Shown here piece after piece: positions 1-13,770 of a DNA stretch of 64,000 nucleotides. The DNA comes from Narcine bancroftii (lineage: Eukaryota), in contig NC_091473.1 of NCBI RefSeq assembly GCF_036971445.1, positions 255,502,001 through 255,566,000 on the forward strand, read 5' to 3'. The notes beneath the pieces were generated by a model. The model did no database searches. It worked only from the letters and a program-made list of their open reading frames with translations, and had not been told where the DNA came from. The first letter of the stretch is position 1, and each line of letters begins with the position of its first letter. The position numbers and the translations under genes were made by a program.

Positions 1-344
1 CACGCATTACAAGCAGTCAAAACGCAGAGATGCTGGAGGAACCCAGCCGGTTTCCCGGAATCCATTGGAAGTAAAGCGATATTCCCGACGTTTCAGGCCT
101 GAGCCCTTCCTCAAGTGATAAAACAGGTGTCTGAATTAAAGGACGGAGTCCGTCCAGTATTTCTGTGTTTTGTCTACATTCGCAGCATGCGCAGATTTCT
201 GTGTTTCACTCGATAAACAAAAAGAGGGTGAGCATTTTTACGGGTGTACTGTGGGGCTTCTGACCAGCAGGAGACGACCTATCAGTAAGTCACAGATGGG
301 TGCAGGAGCAATTATAGAAGTGAATTCAACTTTTTTTTTGTTAA

Positions 345-930
345 AATTTGATATGACACCAGAAACCCTGGAAAATTTCTACAGAGGTGTGATGAAAAGA
401 GTGCTGACCAGCTGCATCACGGTCTGGTATGGGGGCACCAATACCCCTGAGTGTAAAGCCCTCCAAAAGGTAGTGAACACAGCCCAGGACATCACAGACA
501 AAACCCTCCCCACCATCAAGAACATCTACAGGGAACGCTGCCGTCGGAGAGCAGCAGCCATCATCAAGGATCCGCACCACCCAGCACACGCTCTGTTCTC
601 GCTGCTGCCTTCAGGAAAGAGGTACCGGTGGCACAAGACTCGCACCCCCGGGTTCAGGAACAGCTGCTCCCCCTCCACCGTCAGACTCCTCAATGACACA
701 CTCAATCAGGGACTCATTTAAGGGCTCTGACTTGTCCACTTTTTGTTCTCTCTGTATTGCACAGTCAATTTGTTATCTGTTTACAGTTCTTTTATTGCTT
801 ACATTTTTACACTGTGTACAGTTTTTTTTTTGCACTACCAATTAGTGGGAATTCTGCCTGGCCCACAGGAAAAAGAACCTCAGGGTTGTATGTGATGCTA
901 TATATTTACTCTGACAATAAATCTGAAATC
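345..930 (+). mobile_element. Rex1/Babar-type LINE 3' fragment
   Basis: TLENFYRG...LTSCITVWYG...HPAHALFSLLPSGKRYR...RNS C-terminus plus 3' UTR with AATAAA. Confidence 0.85.
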
Positions 931-1689
931 CCCTGGTATTAACTGGGATCACCTTGGACTTGATGGAAATGTCCAGGATACTGAGCACTGGATCGAGAAC
1001 AAAACAAAGCATGTGGCTGAACTGAAAATGAAGGAGTGAAACACGAAGGTCTGCAGACGCAGTGAATGTAGTTAAAAACCACCGAATTGCTGGAGGAACT
1101 CAGCTGGTCTTGCAGTGTCCATTGGAGGTAAAGATAGATAACCTTCTTGGAGGGCTCAGGCCCGAATCGTCAGTTATCTATCTTTACCTCTCAGTGATGC
1201 TGTGAGACCGGCTGAGTTTGTCCAGCAATTCTGTGTATTTACTGAAAATGAGGAAGCCAACAGGAATAGAGAAATTGTAATGGGCTTCTCACGTTTATAT
1301 TTATTGTAATACATTTATTCCATTCAGCAAGTCTACTCACATTTAGGATAAAATTGGACAGATACTGTACATGGAGAGGATGGGTTTGGAAGGATGTGAG
1401 CCAAACAAGTCTCCAGGGGCCAATGAGAGCAAGTGAGGAGATGGGGTCTGAAGCTGACAGAGATTGAGGGACAAAGATGGAGGTGGGGAGGAGATGGGGT
1501 CTGAACCATTTCAGGGTCAATGTGATAGGGCCCAGGGAAGAGGAACAGTATCACTCCTGGGTTTCTAATGCCTCAATTTACAGATCCAACTCCACACATC
1601 GATGGACGGATTTAGAGGGAAAGGAAATCTTCAGCGGCCTTGCAGAGATGCCACCTGAGCCTACAGTCATTAGCTCCCTTCACTTCGAT

Positions 1690-2555
1690 TAGATTTATTG
1701 TCAGAGTACATACATGATATAGCAGCAGCAAGCAACTCTGTCAGGACAAACTGGGCACGCTTGTTACGCACAGTCAGCGGGGCAGTCACGACAAAGATGG
1801 CGCCGCCTACCCATCTCTTCTCCTCCAGAACACAAGTTGGTGCGCTTGTGCTAGTGTGACGCAAGCGGGGGAGGGGCGGATGTGCGGTCCGACTGCCGAC
1901 CTGATAAGTGAGTGCGTGAAGTTTAAATAAACACTCTGCTGGGAGACTCAAGCCAACAGCCTGCGTCCCCAGTCTATTCTACCACTCTTGGACAGCACAC
2001 TACAGTATCACATACAACCCTGAGCTCCTTTTTCCTGCAGGCCATGCAGAATTACCACTTAATGGCAATGTGCAAAAAACTACACAATGTACACATGTAA
2101 ATAAATAAATGTAAACAAACTGTGCAATATAGAGAGAAAAAAAGTCAATAACATACAAAGTAAGTCCTTAAATGAGTCCCTGATTGAGTTTGTTGTTAAG
2201 GAGTCTGAGGGTGGAGGGGAAGCAGCTGTTCCTGAACCTGGTGGTGCGAGTCTTGTGGCACCGAGACCTCTTTCCTGATGGCAGCAGCGAGAACAGAGCA
2301 TGTGCTGGGTGGGGTGGATCCTTGATGATTGCTGCTGCTCTCCAATGGCAGTGTTGACTGTAGATGTTCTCAATGGTGGGGAGGGTATTTCCTGCGCTGT
2401 CCTGGACTGTGTCCACTACCTTTTGCAGGGCTTTACACTCAGGTGTATTGGTGTCCCCATACCAGACAATGATGCAGCTGGTCAGCACACTTTCCACCAC
2501 ACCTCTGTCGAAATTTTCCAGGGTTTCCGGTGTCATACCAAACCTCCACAAACTC
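1690..2555 (-). mobile_element. Rex1/Babar-type LINE 3' fragment (same family as 345-930, inverted)
   Basis: ORF 2168-2551 is nearly identical in sequence to the C-terminal part of ORF 170-721. Confidence 0.85.
1721..2004 (+). mobile_element. Probable solo LTR (about 284 bp) inserted in the 3' UTR of a Rex1/Babar copy
   Basis: Interrupts a 3' UTR that is contiguous in the sister copy at about 880-930. Ends in CACTACA, has AATAAA at about 1926 and is CpG-rich. The 5' terminus and TSD are degenerate. Confidence 0.65.
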
Positions 2556-2924
2556 TTTCCAGTGTCGATTAAAATAATCTTTCAGCCTTTCAGATCTTTA
2601 ATGGTTCTTTTATGTCCCCACCCATCCCCAAATGGATATAATCTCTCTCTTTGAGTGTTTAAAATTCCAGAATTCCATTCTGATGGTTTAAATGATTTTA
2701 CACTGGGCAGCAGTTTGGCTAGCTCTCAGCCCCTGGTTTAAACCTGCAGTGGTCTCTGCACACACCCAGATAGGGTATCTGTCAACTTCTATGTCCCCTC
2801 CTAAGCTGGGTGTAGGTGGTGGCTGTCTGCTCCAGGGCCACTGACTGAGGAATGTGAGGTGTGTCAAATTCCACTCATTCCATGCTCTGCACCGTGGTGT
2901 TGGGCTGGGGATCTGCATTAGTTT

Positions 2925-3530
2925 CTCCTGGATGTTGCCGGGACTGCAGGGGTTGAGTTTCCCGGGAAAGATGGGTCAGTATTCCCTGGAGTGAAGGAGG
3001 CTGAGGAGACACTTTATAGAGGCTTATAAAATCATGGATAATGTGAATGCTCATAGTCTTTCCCCCAGGAAAAGTTCTAGATTCTAGAAGTAGAGGGCAT
3101 GAGTTTAAAGTGGGGGGTGGTTTAAGAAGAATGTGAGGGTAAATTATTTCACCCTGGAGGTGGTCCGTGTCTGGAATGAGTTACTGAGCTAGAGAAATGA
3201 ACACAATAACAACATGTTTATAGATTGGAGGGGCTTGGGGAGTCCAGGACAAGAGGGCACAACTTCAGGATTGAAGGGCACCCATTAGAACATGGAGGGA
3301 TTTCTTCAGCCCAAGGGTGGTGAATCTGTGGAATTTGCTGCCACAGGTGGTTGTGGAGGCCGGGTCATTGGGTGTATTTAAGGCAGAGATTGATGGGTTC
3401 TTGATTAGCCAGGGCATCAAAGGTTACGGGGAAAAGACTGGGCAGTGGGGCTGAGTGGGAAAATGGATCAGCTCATGATGGAATGGTGGGCAGACTCAAG
3501 GGCCTGAATGGCCTAGTTCTGCTTCTCTGT
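2925..3530 (+). mobile_element. CR1-clade LINE 3' fragments (two nested)
   Basis: RRLRRHFIEAYKIM and RTRGHNFR motifs plus a typical 3' UTR ending GAATGGCCT...CTGCT. Confidence 0.8.
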
Positions 3531-3684
3531 CTTATAGAGGGGTTTGGGCCAAATGCAGGAACATGCTTGTATTAAAGCAGATACCAAACGCCATAAATTC
3601 TCCATTTGTGATGAAATTTTGTAAGTGGGTCTGGCAGCATCAGTGGGAGAAAAGGATTGTAGATGTTTTGGGCAAGTACCTTCA

Positions 3685-4040
3685 ATCCAGAGGGCCATAA
3701 GAGTGGCAAAGAAGATCACTGGAGTCTCCCTCCCCACCCGCAACGTAAAATCATTGAGGATCCCTTCCATCCCGCACACAGCATCTTTCCCCGTCGGGGA
3801 AGAGATACAGGGGTACCAGAGCCAGCCCCACCAGGCTGAGGAACAGCTTCTTCCCATGGGCAGACTGCTTCTACAAACCCTCTGTTTATTAAACAATTTT
3901 TAAAACTTTTATAGATGTATATACATCCTGCATATGTATGATTTGTCTGTGTGTTCTGTCTGCTTGTGTGCCTGTTGTATTGTACTGAGGACCAGAGAAC
4001 ACTGTTTCATCAGGTTGTACTTGTACAATCAACTTGAACT
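3685..4040 (+). mobile_element. Rex1/Babar-type LINE 3' fragment, second subfamily
   Basis: SIQRAIRVAKKITGVSLP...; shares GAGCCAGCCCCACCAGGCTGAGGAACAG with the copy at 4.8 kb. Confidence 0.75.
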
Positions 4041-4454
4041 TGGAGTTCATCTCGACCTGCTGAGTGTTTCCAGCATTTTCTGTTGGAGTTCCTAATTTGT
4101 GATTTGTCCGTCTGATTTCCTTGCTTGAGGCAGAAACTCGCCAGGAGTTGTATCCTGGAGGAATCCGGGCAGGCGGTGTCTGTTGTATCCAAAACAGAAA
4201 CAAAAACCACTGCAAAATGTTTCATGTATTTTCTCCAGACCCTGTCTTTTTTAGTGGCATCAAAGGAATGAGCTAGATTCTTCCCAACGCACAAGCATTT
4301 TCAGGTTTCTAAATTTAACAACTCACCAGCTAATCCAAACACCCATGTGACATTGCTTCATCCAGCGTAATTGAATTATAAAAGAGATTTAACAGGGTGG
4401 AGGTCACATATTTTTAGCTGATGTTTATGGATTCCTCTGGGAGTGTCAGGTGTG

Positions 4455-4910
4455 GGTACGTCACCACATTTCTCCTCACTTGTCAGGAAGACGCAACAGC
4501 GACTGAACTTCCCGAGAAGACTGACGTGGGCAAGGCTCCCGGCCACCATCATGTCAACCTTCTCCAGGAGCTCCATTAAGAGCATCCTGGCCGGCAGTGA
4601 GGTCAATCCACAGGATCATAAGAGCGGCAGAGAGGATCACTGGGGTCTCATTTCCCCCCTCCCCATCAATGTGATTGACAGGGATCGTTGTCTGAAGAGG
4701 GCCCACAAAATCATCGAGGACCCCTTCCACCCCGCACGCAGCATCTTTCAGCTGCTCCTGGCGGGGAAGAGATCCAGGAGGATCAGAGCCAGCCCCACCA
4801 GGCTGAGGAACAGTTTCTTCCCGTGGGCAGTGAGAATGTTGAACGACCAAAGGAACCTCTCACACTGACCGTTCGAGACTCTCATTTTCACAAAATGTTA
4901 TTTATTTTTT
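4455..4910 (+). mobile_element. Rex1/Babar-type LINE 3' fragment
   Basis: KTQQRLNFPRRL...DPFHPARSIFQLL...RLRNSFFPWAVRMLN. Confidence 0.8.
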
Positions 4911-5699
4911 AATCTAGACCCACAGCACAGTAACAGGGGCTCCTCACAGCCCATGAGCCCGAGCACCCAATTAACCTGGTACATTTTGAATAGAGGGAGG
5001 AATCCGTGATTTTACATGAAATTTCCTTCGGTTGACTGTAAGGCAGATAGAGATCTGTTATCAGCCAAAATTTTCCCGAGTCACTGAGTGTTCGTGGATT
5101 CACCTCCAGTGCTCCTGCACCCTCCGCAGTTACACAGTTTTTAGTCCGAACCAGCAGCAAGCCAAACTCCAGATGTGCCCCTCTGACGTGATCAGGAAGC
5201 CTTCAGTGCCCTCGGCATCCTCTCGCATCAGCTCATGATATAATGGCAGGGCAGATTCGACGGGCTGAATGGCCTATTTCTACTCTGATATCTTACGGAG
5301 AGTTTCCTGCTTGTTGGGATCAGTCGGATTTCCTTCCAGACTGACGGCTGGCCTGTTCTGGAACCTGGATCATTCTCAAAGAGTGAAAGTTTTCAGTGAC
5401 TCCCTGTCAGGCCACTGGACAGGGAAGTACTTGGGCACAGCCAGCAGAGATTGGGCGTCTGACACCCGTTTGCCCCACGTACCTGTCCTGATAACAATTC
5501 TGACATTTCAACAGGAAGAAGCCGTCATGTTTATAACCACGAACTATTACTGCAAATCAGTTAGCCAGTTTGAGGGTGGGAAAACCTGTTTGAACGTGGT
5601 TTGGGCAGGTTAAGCACATAGAAAGACATGGTTCAACCCTTTTGTGACCCTCCATGCTACAGAATGAACTTTGCCAGTGTTTTTTTTATTTTAAATTTT

Positions 5700-5915
5700 T
5701 AACAATTTAGACAGTAAAAGATCCTTCCGGTCACTTGTCTGTGCCACCCAATTGCCTGCAACTCCCGTACGTTTTGAATGGTGGGAGGAAACCAGAGTCC
5801 CCAGAGGAAACCCACGTAGACATGGGGAGAATGTACAAACTCCTTACAGACAGTGCAGAATTCTAAACCATGTCACTAGCGGTCTAACAGCATTAGCTAA
5901 CTGCTACGCTAATGG
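5700..5915 (-). mobile_element. tRNA-derived SINE; further copies at about 14690-14890(-), 15050-15270(-), 27340-27545(+), 28460-28670(+), 34420-34630(+), 55775-56015(+), 60370-60620(+), 62460-62690(-)
   Basis: Shared body CTGTCTGTAAGGAGTTTGTACGTTCTCCCCGTGTCT.. with a B-box GGGTTCGAATCCC in several copies and AT-rich tails. Confidence 0.8.
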
Positions 5916-6590
5916 CTCAGATCCAAGCTGAGCCTTGTGTTATCTGCCCTTCCCCTTCTTCAGAACCACCCCTGCAGCCATTCTGACCTCTGGTGCATAG
6001 CCGTCAGCCCTGGCCATCCTGTGGAACACTCTTCAAACCTGCCCATTTACCATCTCCTGGATCATTGAAAGGTGCAAGTTTGATGACTGGTGTTTAAAAA
6101 ATAGGAATGAAATACCTCAACTCCCAAACAGCCTCTGAAGTGGTCATCCTCTTCCAGGTCTCTGGAGGGACTTTGGACCATTACCTTCACCCTGTGGACT
6201 GAGAGCCATTGGTCTGAATGCACAGGATGGGCCAAATGGTATCCAGATGTGCTGAATCCCAGATTCCTTGATGTATGGATCGGGGAAGCTAATTGATCTA
6301 GTTTGTTGCCATTGAAGGTCGAGGGGAAACCTGGTAGGGTTATAAAATTCTGAGAATCAGAGATAAATTCAACAGTCAGGGACCTTTCCACAAGGTAAAC
6401 ATGTTAAAAATTAGAGTTTGCGTGTTTAAGGAGGGAGACGTGGGCCTTTTTACACAGTGAGTGCTGGGTGTCTGGACTGGGCCTGCCTGCCATAGTGGTG
6501 GAAGCAGATACAATAGTGGTGCTTCAGAGGCGCACATGGATGCACAGGGGAAGGAGGGATGTGGATCATGTGTAGGCAACAAGTCTTATT

Positions 6591-6594
<4 letters not shown>

Positions 6595-6623
<29 letters not shown>
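6595..6623. repeat. (TG)n microsatellite
   Basis: Directly visible. Confidence 0.95.
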
Positions 6624-6626
<3 letters not shown>

Positions 6627-6959
6627 TGCATTTGTGTAAAGAGTGTGTGCACGAGAGTGTGTGCACACGTGTGAGGTTCAGGAGTGAGTTTGTGTCTGCT
6701 TTCCATGGTGACGGTTTGGTTCTTTAATTACCTTTGTTTTATCTGTTACCATTTGTCAAGTGCATACAAAGGTATGGACCCTTGATCTCTGGGCAGCCAG
6801 CTTGTCCTCATGGACATCTGAAATATCTACTTGTAATGCAATAAATCTGGAAGTTTGGAACTGGATGCAACACATGGTAGAATGTAAAATGTCACAGCTA
6901 TTTATAAATTCTCTGGTCAGCGGCAGGGCAACTTAACTAGTGACCTATCGTAGACGCTC

Positions 6960-7210
6960 AGCCTCTCCTCACAAGTCAGGAAGGTGCAACAGCTACTGCA
7001 CTTCCTGAGAAGACTGAAGCGGGCAAGGCTACCGGCCACCATCACGTTAACCTTCTACAGGAGTTCTACTGAGAGCATCCTAGCCGGCAGCATCACAGTG
7101 CGGTGCGATTACTATCAAAAATTGGATCGGAGATCAATCCACAGGACCATAAGAGTGGTAGACAGGATCACTGGAGTCTCCCTCCCCCCCCGCCCCATCC
7201 CATCGATGAG
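6960..7210 (+). mobile_element. Rex1/Babar-type LINE fragment
   Basis: QQLLHFLRRLKRARLP...FYRSSTESILAGSITV. Confidence 0.75.
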
Positions 7211-10200
7211 AGTGGGCACTGGGATTTCACCACAAACGCATGTCAGGAAGTTTAGTTCATTATTAACAAGTCAGAAGGCAGCAACAAAAATATTATGCCA
7301 GTCACTTGTAAAATATCAAGTACCTCCCAGAGAGAACCAGCAGGACACCCCCTGCCTTATCAAGGCTGTTCGATGGAACACAAATATTGACACTAGGTTT
7401 CCTGAATGTGTTCACTGAAAGAAACAGGAGAGATTTCACCATTGGTTCTGCTGTTCCCACCAACCAGTTTCTTTACAATCTGTCACCACCCCTTTCTGTC
7501 ACTTAATCTCTCTGCCTTCTGGCCTCTCACACTTGGCTTCCATCGTATTCTCCACCCCTACACCTGCCAATTCCGATGAGAATGGTCATGGAGGGCTGAA
7601 GGGCCAGCTTTGAATTTGTAGGAATCCATCGAGCAGACCCATCGGCTCAGTTCTCTCGCCACAGCGGCTGCCCGACCTTAACATTGGCCTTATGCTCCTT
7701 GAAGGCTTCTGGGGATGGCTTTTCCCCACTTAATCCGATCCACTCCTTCCACCTGTTTTATTTTGCGCTGATTTCCAGTACTCGTGATTTTTGGAATGTT
7801 CCAAACGAACGAGGAACTGCACATGGTCTCTTTTGATGGAACTGCACTGATCCCTGAAGCTGCAATGTAGAAATAGTCTCCCATTGTGAATAACCCAGAA
7901 CAAGATGTGATATCACCCTGCAGATGATGGCAGTTAATTCCATTTCTACTTTACATATTATATGCAAATCTGTCACAGGTTCACTCAATTCATAATTATA
8001 ATGATCTATTTGCATTTGACAGGATTCCACATCAAAGACTGACTCAGAAGGGACAGATGCATGGGATCCACAATGAATCTTACAGAAAGACCCCAATTTA
8101 CAACATTCTGACATATTTCAAGGTTACGGTGGCCAGAATCTGTACTTTTGATGGAGTTCTGATGTTTCCCTGCACGTGCAATGTGTTGCCCGCGGTGGGT
8201 GGGTTTGGAAATTTGCAGATTGCACAAAAATTGGTGTCGTCGTCCAGTGGAGATGGGTATCAAAGAAAATACAAGCTATAGACCAGTTGCAGATCCAGGC
8301 AGAGATATGGCCAATGGAGTTTAATTTAGACAAGTGAGGTAGCGCACTTTGGGAGGTCACATGCAGTTAATGGCAGGACAGACTCTCGAGGGAATTGATG
8401 TGCAGAAGGTTCTCAGGAGAGGAAGGTGAAGAAGGTGCAGACGTAGACAAACTTAGGTTATTTTCTCTGGAGCATGGGAGACAGAAGGAAACCAGAGTTC
8501 AGGTGATGGAGTTGACATGTGCAGGAAAATATTTTACACAGAGTGGTAGGTGTCTGGAATGGGCTGGCAGGAGCAGTGGTGGAAGAAAATACAATCGGAA
8601 TGTTTAAGAGGCTTCTACATGGATGGACAGGGGTATGTAGACTAGAGGTTCAGTTTAATTTGGCGTTGTGTTCAGCACAGCTCATTCCTCTGCTGGTCCG
8701 TTTGACATTCCATCTTTCTGCTAAAGTCTTACATAGTTTGAATTCAGCCCAACACTCCAGTCAGCTTCTACACTGAGATAAACATCATTCTACAATTCTT
8801 CCAAAGTAGGACAGGAAGTTTTCAAACACCCCTTTTCATTTTGAATAACCTTTATTGAAAGAGCTGAGACCACGTCAAGTACAAAGCTTCCCTGTTAGAT
8901 GCAGTGAAACATCAAATGTGTTGACAAAAATCTTAAATAGGTGAATGCATTTGTGGACTCCTCAGTGGTTCTCCCTCCAGGCACCTGCACAAGGTCTATT
9001 TGCATGAGCTAATTACAGGGAGAACCCACATTCTACACAGAGCCAGCATCACCGTCCAGGATTGAGCCTGGGTCCCACCCAGCCAAGGTGCACGAGGATC
9101 CTCGAAAGCATGGTTCGCCCTCTGTCCAGGAACTCGCCAGTGTTGGATGGTTACAGGAAGGTGGATTCACACAGCAAAAAGTTCACCATGGTCAGAGCTC
9201 CAAACTCTCAACGGTGAAGGCAACCAATGTCATTGGAGATTCACCATCCAACTTCAGCTGTCCTTTGATCAACGTGGTCTGGAGAAACACCAGGGTGCAT
9301 TCAGCTGATTCTCCAGACCCACCCTGCTTTATAATCAAGGCCACAAACTGGAACAAAGGCTGAACAATTGTTGAAATACAACAGTCTCTCAGGCAATTTT
9401 CATTAGCGGCTCCTGCCTGGCGACAGAGAAGTTGGTGTGGCAGAAAATCTTTCACTCCCCAAAACACGCAGCTTTCATCTCACATGCAGCCCGATTCCTT
9501 GGACAGTCTGTATGCTTTGATTGTTAATCTCCAACTCGAGAGGCCTTTGATGTGATTCACTGCTAACCCGAACCTCGTGGACTTGCTCCTCGCCAATTCT
9601 TTTGCTCTCTCACTCACAATGTTGCTGAGATTCATCGCACTCCCATCACTGTGAATCTCAGCAGCTTGGTGTCTCATTCAACTTGTAACTTTTGCCTCGG
9701 AACTGCGCGCAAAGCTAACTTTTGCTGCAAGAGTTTAACTTTGCGAATAAACAGAAAGAAGAGCATTGCAAAAGATAAATATATGACCATCATGGTCCTG
9801 ACCAAGCAGAGGACTGGAGGTAACTGGACTGGGTGTAACTGGACTGGGTGCTCAGTTCCCTCGACAACAGACATCAATAAACATTCCATTTTAGATTGTA
9901 ATTGGTGAAAGAATGTTAAATGAAATTATAAAGCTTTTATTTACACAATAAAGATTCCAAGCTGAACTATTAACAATTTGATAAGACTTTTTTTTAAAAA
10001 TGGTGTTCTGATTTTATTTTAGATGCACAGAAATGCTGGAGGAACTCAGCTGGTCTCCCAGTGTCCATCAGAGGTAGAGATGTTACCAACACTTTGGGCC
10101 TGAGCCTTTCCTCAAGGAAACATCTACATCTTCAACTCGTGTGGATGCTGTGAGACTGGCTGAGGTCCTCCAGCATTTCGATGTTTTTACTACCATCATA

Positions 10201-10669
10201 GAGTCTGCAGACTTTTGTGTTTCACTTATTTCAGATGCAGTCCCGATTCTCACTTTCAAGTAGACAAGGTGGTTGTGTATCAATGGGAGAAAAAGCAACA
10301 CTGACAACCTGAAATCAGGGCTCATACATTCCAAAGAAAATGCTGCATTTTCACTTTCCCACATCAGAGGTGCCTGTTTCAGACAGCCCCTCACCCCCAG
10401 AGATTTGTTTCCATTTCTGGCACTGAAACGGCCAAGTCCAGATGTTACAGCTGGATTGGAGGGTAGCTGATGGACAGCCAGAGTTGGTGGAAGGATCCTG
10501 CAGATCAGACAGTATCCACAGGCAGAAATGGTCAATGTTTCAAGGTATGGACCCTTTACAAAGACTAAAATAGAAAAGGTTAAATTACATACATTTTTGG
10601 GGGGGCGGGGGGGGGAAGAAGAAGAGGAGATGGGGGAATGGTCCCAGTGATGAGATGTGGGAGGTGGAG

Positions 10670-11050
10670 AAAACACAGCGAAATGCTAGAGGAACTCAGC
10701 TGGTCTTTTCAGTATCTATAAGAGACAAAGATACGTTCCTGACGTTTCGGGCCTGAGCCCTTCAAGGAAATTCAGAAAAGGCAGAAGCCGGATGTATCGG
10801 AATTCAAACAATGGGGGAGGATCCAGACCAGCAACAGGTGTGAACTGGATGTGATAAGGGTCCAGGTGGAATTTACCATGTCTGCGCAAGAGGAGACAGG
10901 GAATGGAGAGAGGACAGGGTAGGGGGTGGGGGGTGGTAACGAAAGCTGGAGGTTGATATTAATGCCATCCAGTTGGAGGAGGCCCAGTCAGAAGATGAGG
11001 TGTTGTTCCTCCAATTTATGGGTGGGCTCAGTCTGGCCGTGCCTGAGAGA
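10670..11050 (-). mobile_element. Penelope-like element 3' end (GIY-YIG C-terminus, 3' UTR and terminal repeat)
   Basis: Minus strand reads KLEEQHLIFxLGLLQLDGINI, followed by the TTGA..AGGGCTCAGGCCCGAAACGTC motif and the CTGAGTTCCTCYAGCA terminus. Confidence 0.75.
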
Positions 11051-11830
11051 CAGGTCAAGAGATAAACCATTAACTGATTTCAGTGTGACCTCCAACACGT
11101 GGCAAGCAAAAACCTCAAAAGCAAGGACTTTGGTTTAATTTTTGCAGAGTTGGACAGCTTCATCCTTCTCATCTTCCCCTCACTCCACTGTTATTTATAC
11201 CAAATAATCTGTATGAATGAAATCCAAAGGAACATGAAAGGATTCCTGTTCTATATCAAAACTCCAGCTTTTCTCTGAAGTTTTCAGACATTACCAGTTC
11301 CAAACTCTGAGCTGCTTCAGGCACTTGCATCAAGACAGAGTAGCTCAGGGCGAGGCTCGGTTTTACTAATTACTCACTAGTTATAGCGCCCTTTCCCCTT
11401 TCTGTAAATATTGATTGTGGATTAAAATTTAAACCAGTTTTGGAAGATTCCTGTGGGGAAAAATGTTAAATTCATTCTGGACAAACAACAGTGTTCACCC
11501 CAATTCTCTTCAAAGTTTTAATAATAGTTACTGAAAGCTTGGTGAACCATGGTGGAAAAATCCACTGGGGAAATTCTGAGGGGGGGGGGGTGTCAACAGC
11601 TGAGTGGGGATAAGAAATTTCAAGTCTCGATGAGGGGTTCAGGATCAGGTTTATGGTCAGGAACTTTACAAGATTAGTTTTGTGGCAGCAGGTGTAAAAC
11701 TGCTATAAATCACAATTCCATAAATACAAGATTTAAAACTAAATTCGTGCGAAGAAAGAGAACAAGTGAGGTATGGTCCAATCAGAAATCTGATGGCAGA
11801 GGGAAAGAAGCTTCAAAAGGTCAACCACTG

Positions 11831-13138
11831 TGAAAAGCTGGTGCAACTTAGAAGTTCACCAGTACTGCACCATCTGCTCAACATTTGGAAGAAGATTCAC
11901 GTAGAAAGGAAAAAAACAAATTACCAACTACCAAAATTATTATTGACGCAAAGTCAACTAATCCCTTTTACAATAGATAACCTTTCCTTTAGAGAATGGG
12001 AGAGAAAAGGGATCAAAGAATAGAATTTTTTTTTGGGAAATAATTTATTATCTTTTGAATAAATGAAGTACAAATATGGAATAACTCATGGTACAATGTT
12101 TGCATATCATCAACTGAAAACTTATTTAAAGGACAAATTGGGGAACAGACTGAGGTTACCAGAAGGAAGCAGTTTTGAATATGTGATTACAGACACAATG
12201 ATAATTAAAAGATTTATAACAAACATGTACATCAAACTGCAAGAGAAAGAAAATGATGAAATAAACTATAAACCCAAACAAAAGTGGGAACAAGATCTAA
12301 ACATAAAGATAAAAAATGAAACATGGGAAAAGCTATGCTCCGGAACTATGAGAAATACAATAAACACGAGGTTACGTATGATACAATATAATTGGTTACA
12401 CAGGTTATATATCACGGCCCAAAAGTTAAATAGATGGGACCCAACATTATCAGACAGATGTTTTCGCTGTAAGAAGGAAACGGGAACAACAGTACATGCA
12501 ATTTGGGCATGTGAGAAAGTGGAAACGTTTTGGGAAGATCTAAATCAGGTATTAAATAAAATCACGAAAAGGCAACATCCCAAAAAATGCAGAGATCTTT
12601 CTTCTAAGTAATATAAGAAGTAAAGAATTAGGTCTCAAATTGGATAAAGTGCAAAAAAAGATTTATTATGATAGCCTCAGCTGTAGCAAAAAAATATATA
12701 ATGTCAACCTGGAAATCAGAAGAGAGCCTGAGAATACAGCAATGGTACATGGAAATGAATAAATGTATTCCATTGGAAAAAATAATATATAATTTAAGAA
12801 ATAACATCACAGTATTCGAACAAATTTTGGAACCGTACATGGAACACAACAGAGAAGTCCTACCGCGGACCTCCACCCCCCTAAAATGACAGAAGGAGAA
12901 GACGAAATGAACTGACCCAGTGGGTAAAAGTAGAGGACACAATTTTCTTGTTTATTTTCATTGTGTGATGACATTGTTTAATGGGTTTAATGTATTGTAT
13001 ATGTTGGATGTTTAGTGGGTGGGGAGGGGGTGGGAAGGGAGGGAGGAAAAAGGGGAGAAAATGACACTGTATATTCAAGAGGGAAAGGTTTGTGTGTACT
13101 TTGGTTAATGTGGTTCATAGTGTGAAAAATAAATTAAA
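11831..13138 (+). mobile_element. 5'-truncated L1-clade LINE with poly(A) tail and 16-bp TSD
   Basis: ORF2 C-terminus (QYNWLHRLY...CFRCKKETGTTVHAIWAC). TSD AAAAGGTCAACCACTG at 11815-11830 and 13139-13154. Confidence 0.92.
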
Positions 13139-13479
13139 AAAAGGTCAACCACTGGTTTTCTCCCACCAATGCCGCAGAGTTCCTCCTACTCATCATGTTC
13201 AGCTTCAGATTCCCGTGTCTCTCTGGGGAATCCAGGGTCACATTTCAAACACGGAGGAACTAATGCTCGTGTCAAAACAGAACCTTCACAAAAACAATTA
13301 CGGTGAGAGCTAACAGCTCATTTCCTCTTTCATCCATTGGCAAACATATCCCTCAAAGTGAAAGTAAGATCAGGTTCAGAATGATTACAGCACAAAGGAA
13401 GGGGGGCACATGTATCCTAGCTCGAGTACAAGCATCCACCATACAATTCCCACCACACAAATGTTTTCTGAAATCAAAA

Positions 13480-13770
13480 AATTATTCACAATTATTTACA
13501 AATGGAAAACCGTGCAGAGTCTGTCCCCAACACTGTACATTGTTAGTCAATTCCATTTACACCATCATGTCCACCGTGGCACCTTGCCATTACTCCCCTA
13601 TTGTTTAAGAGGAGTCTCAGCCCCTCAGTGTTTGGTAACGGGGCGATTCTAGACTTGTGGTCCTCTCCCACAGAGCCCTCGCGTTGGCTGCACCAAGCCT
13701 CAGTGCGCCCCTCAGCAGATTCCTACGGCCTGGAACGTTGCAGTCAGCAGCGTTCCCTCACAAACTCCTT
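13480..13770 (-). mobile_element. Tx1-like LINE 3' end
   Basis: Minus strand reads LRGALRLGAANARALWERTT-like; homologous to the 16.9-17.1 kb segment. Confidence 0.65.

Noticed and set aside
170-721. 183-aa ORF as a host gene
   Set aside because: A chimera of flanking DNA and a Rex1/Babar LINE C-terminus with a non-ATG start.
7690-8200. 118-aa minus-strand ORF in apparently unique sequence
   Set aside because: No homology recognised, and the length is within chance expectation.
9192-9677. Two in-frame minus-strand ORFs separated by one stop (possible pseudogene)
   Set aside because: No recognisable motif or splice structure. A tBLASTx search would be needed to revive it.
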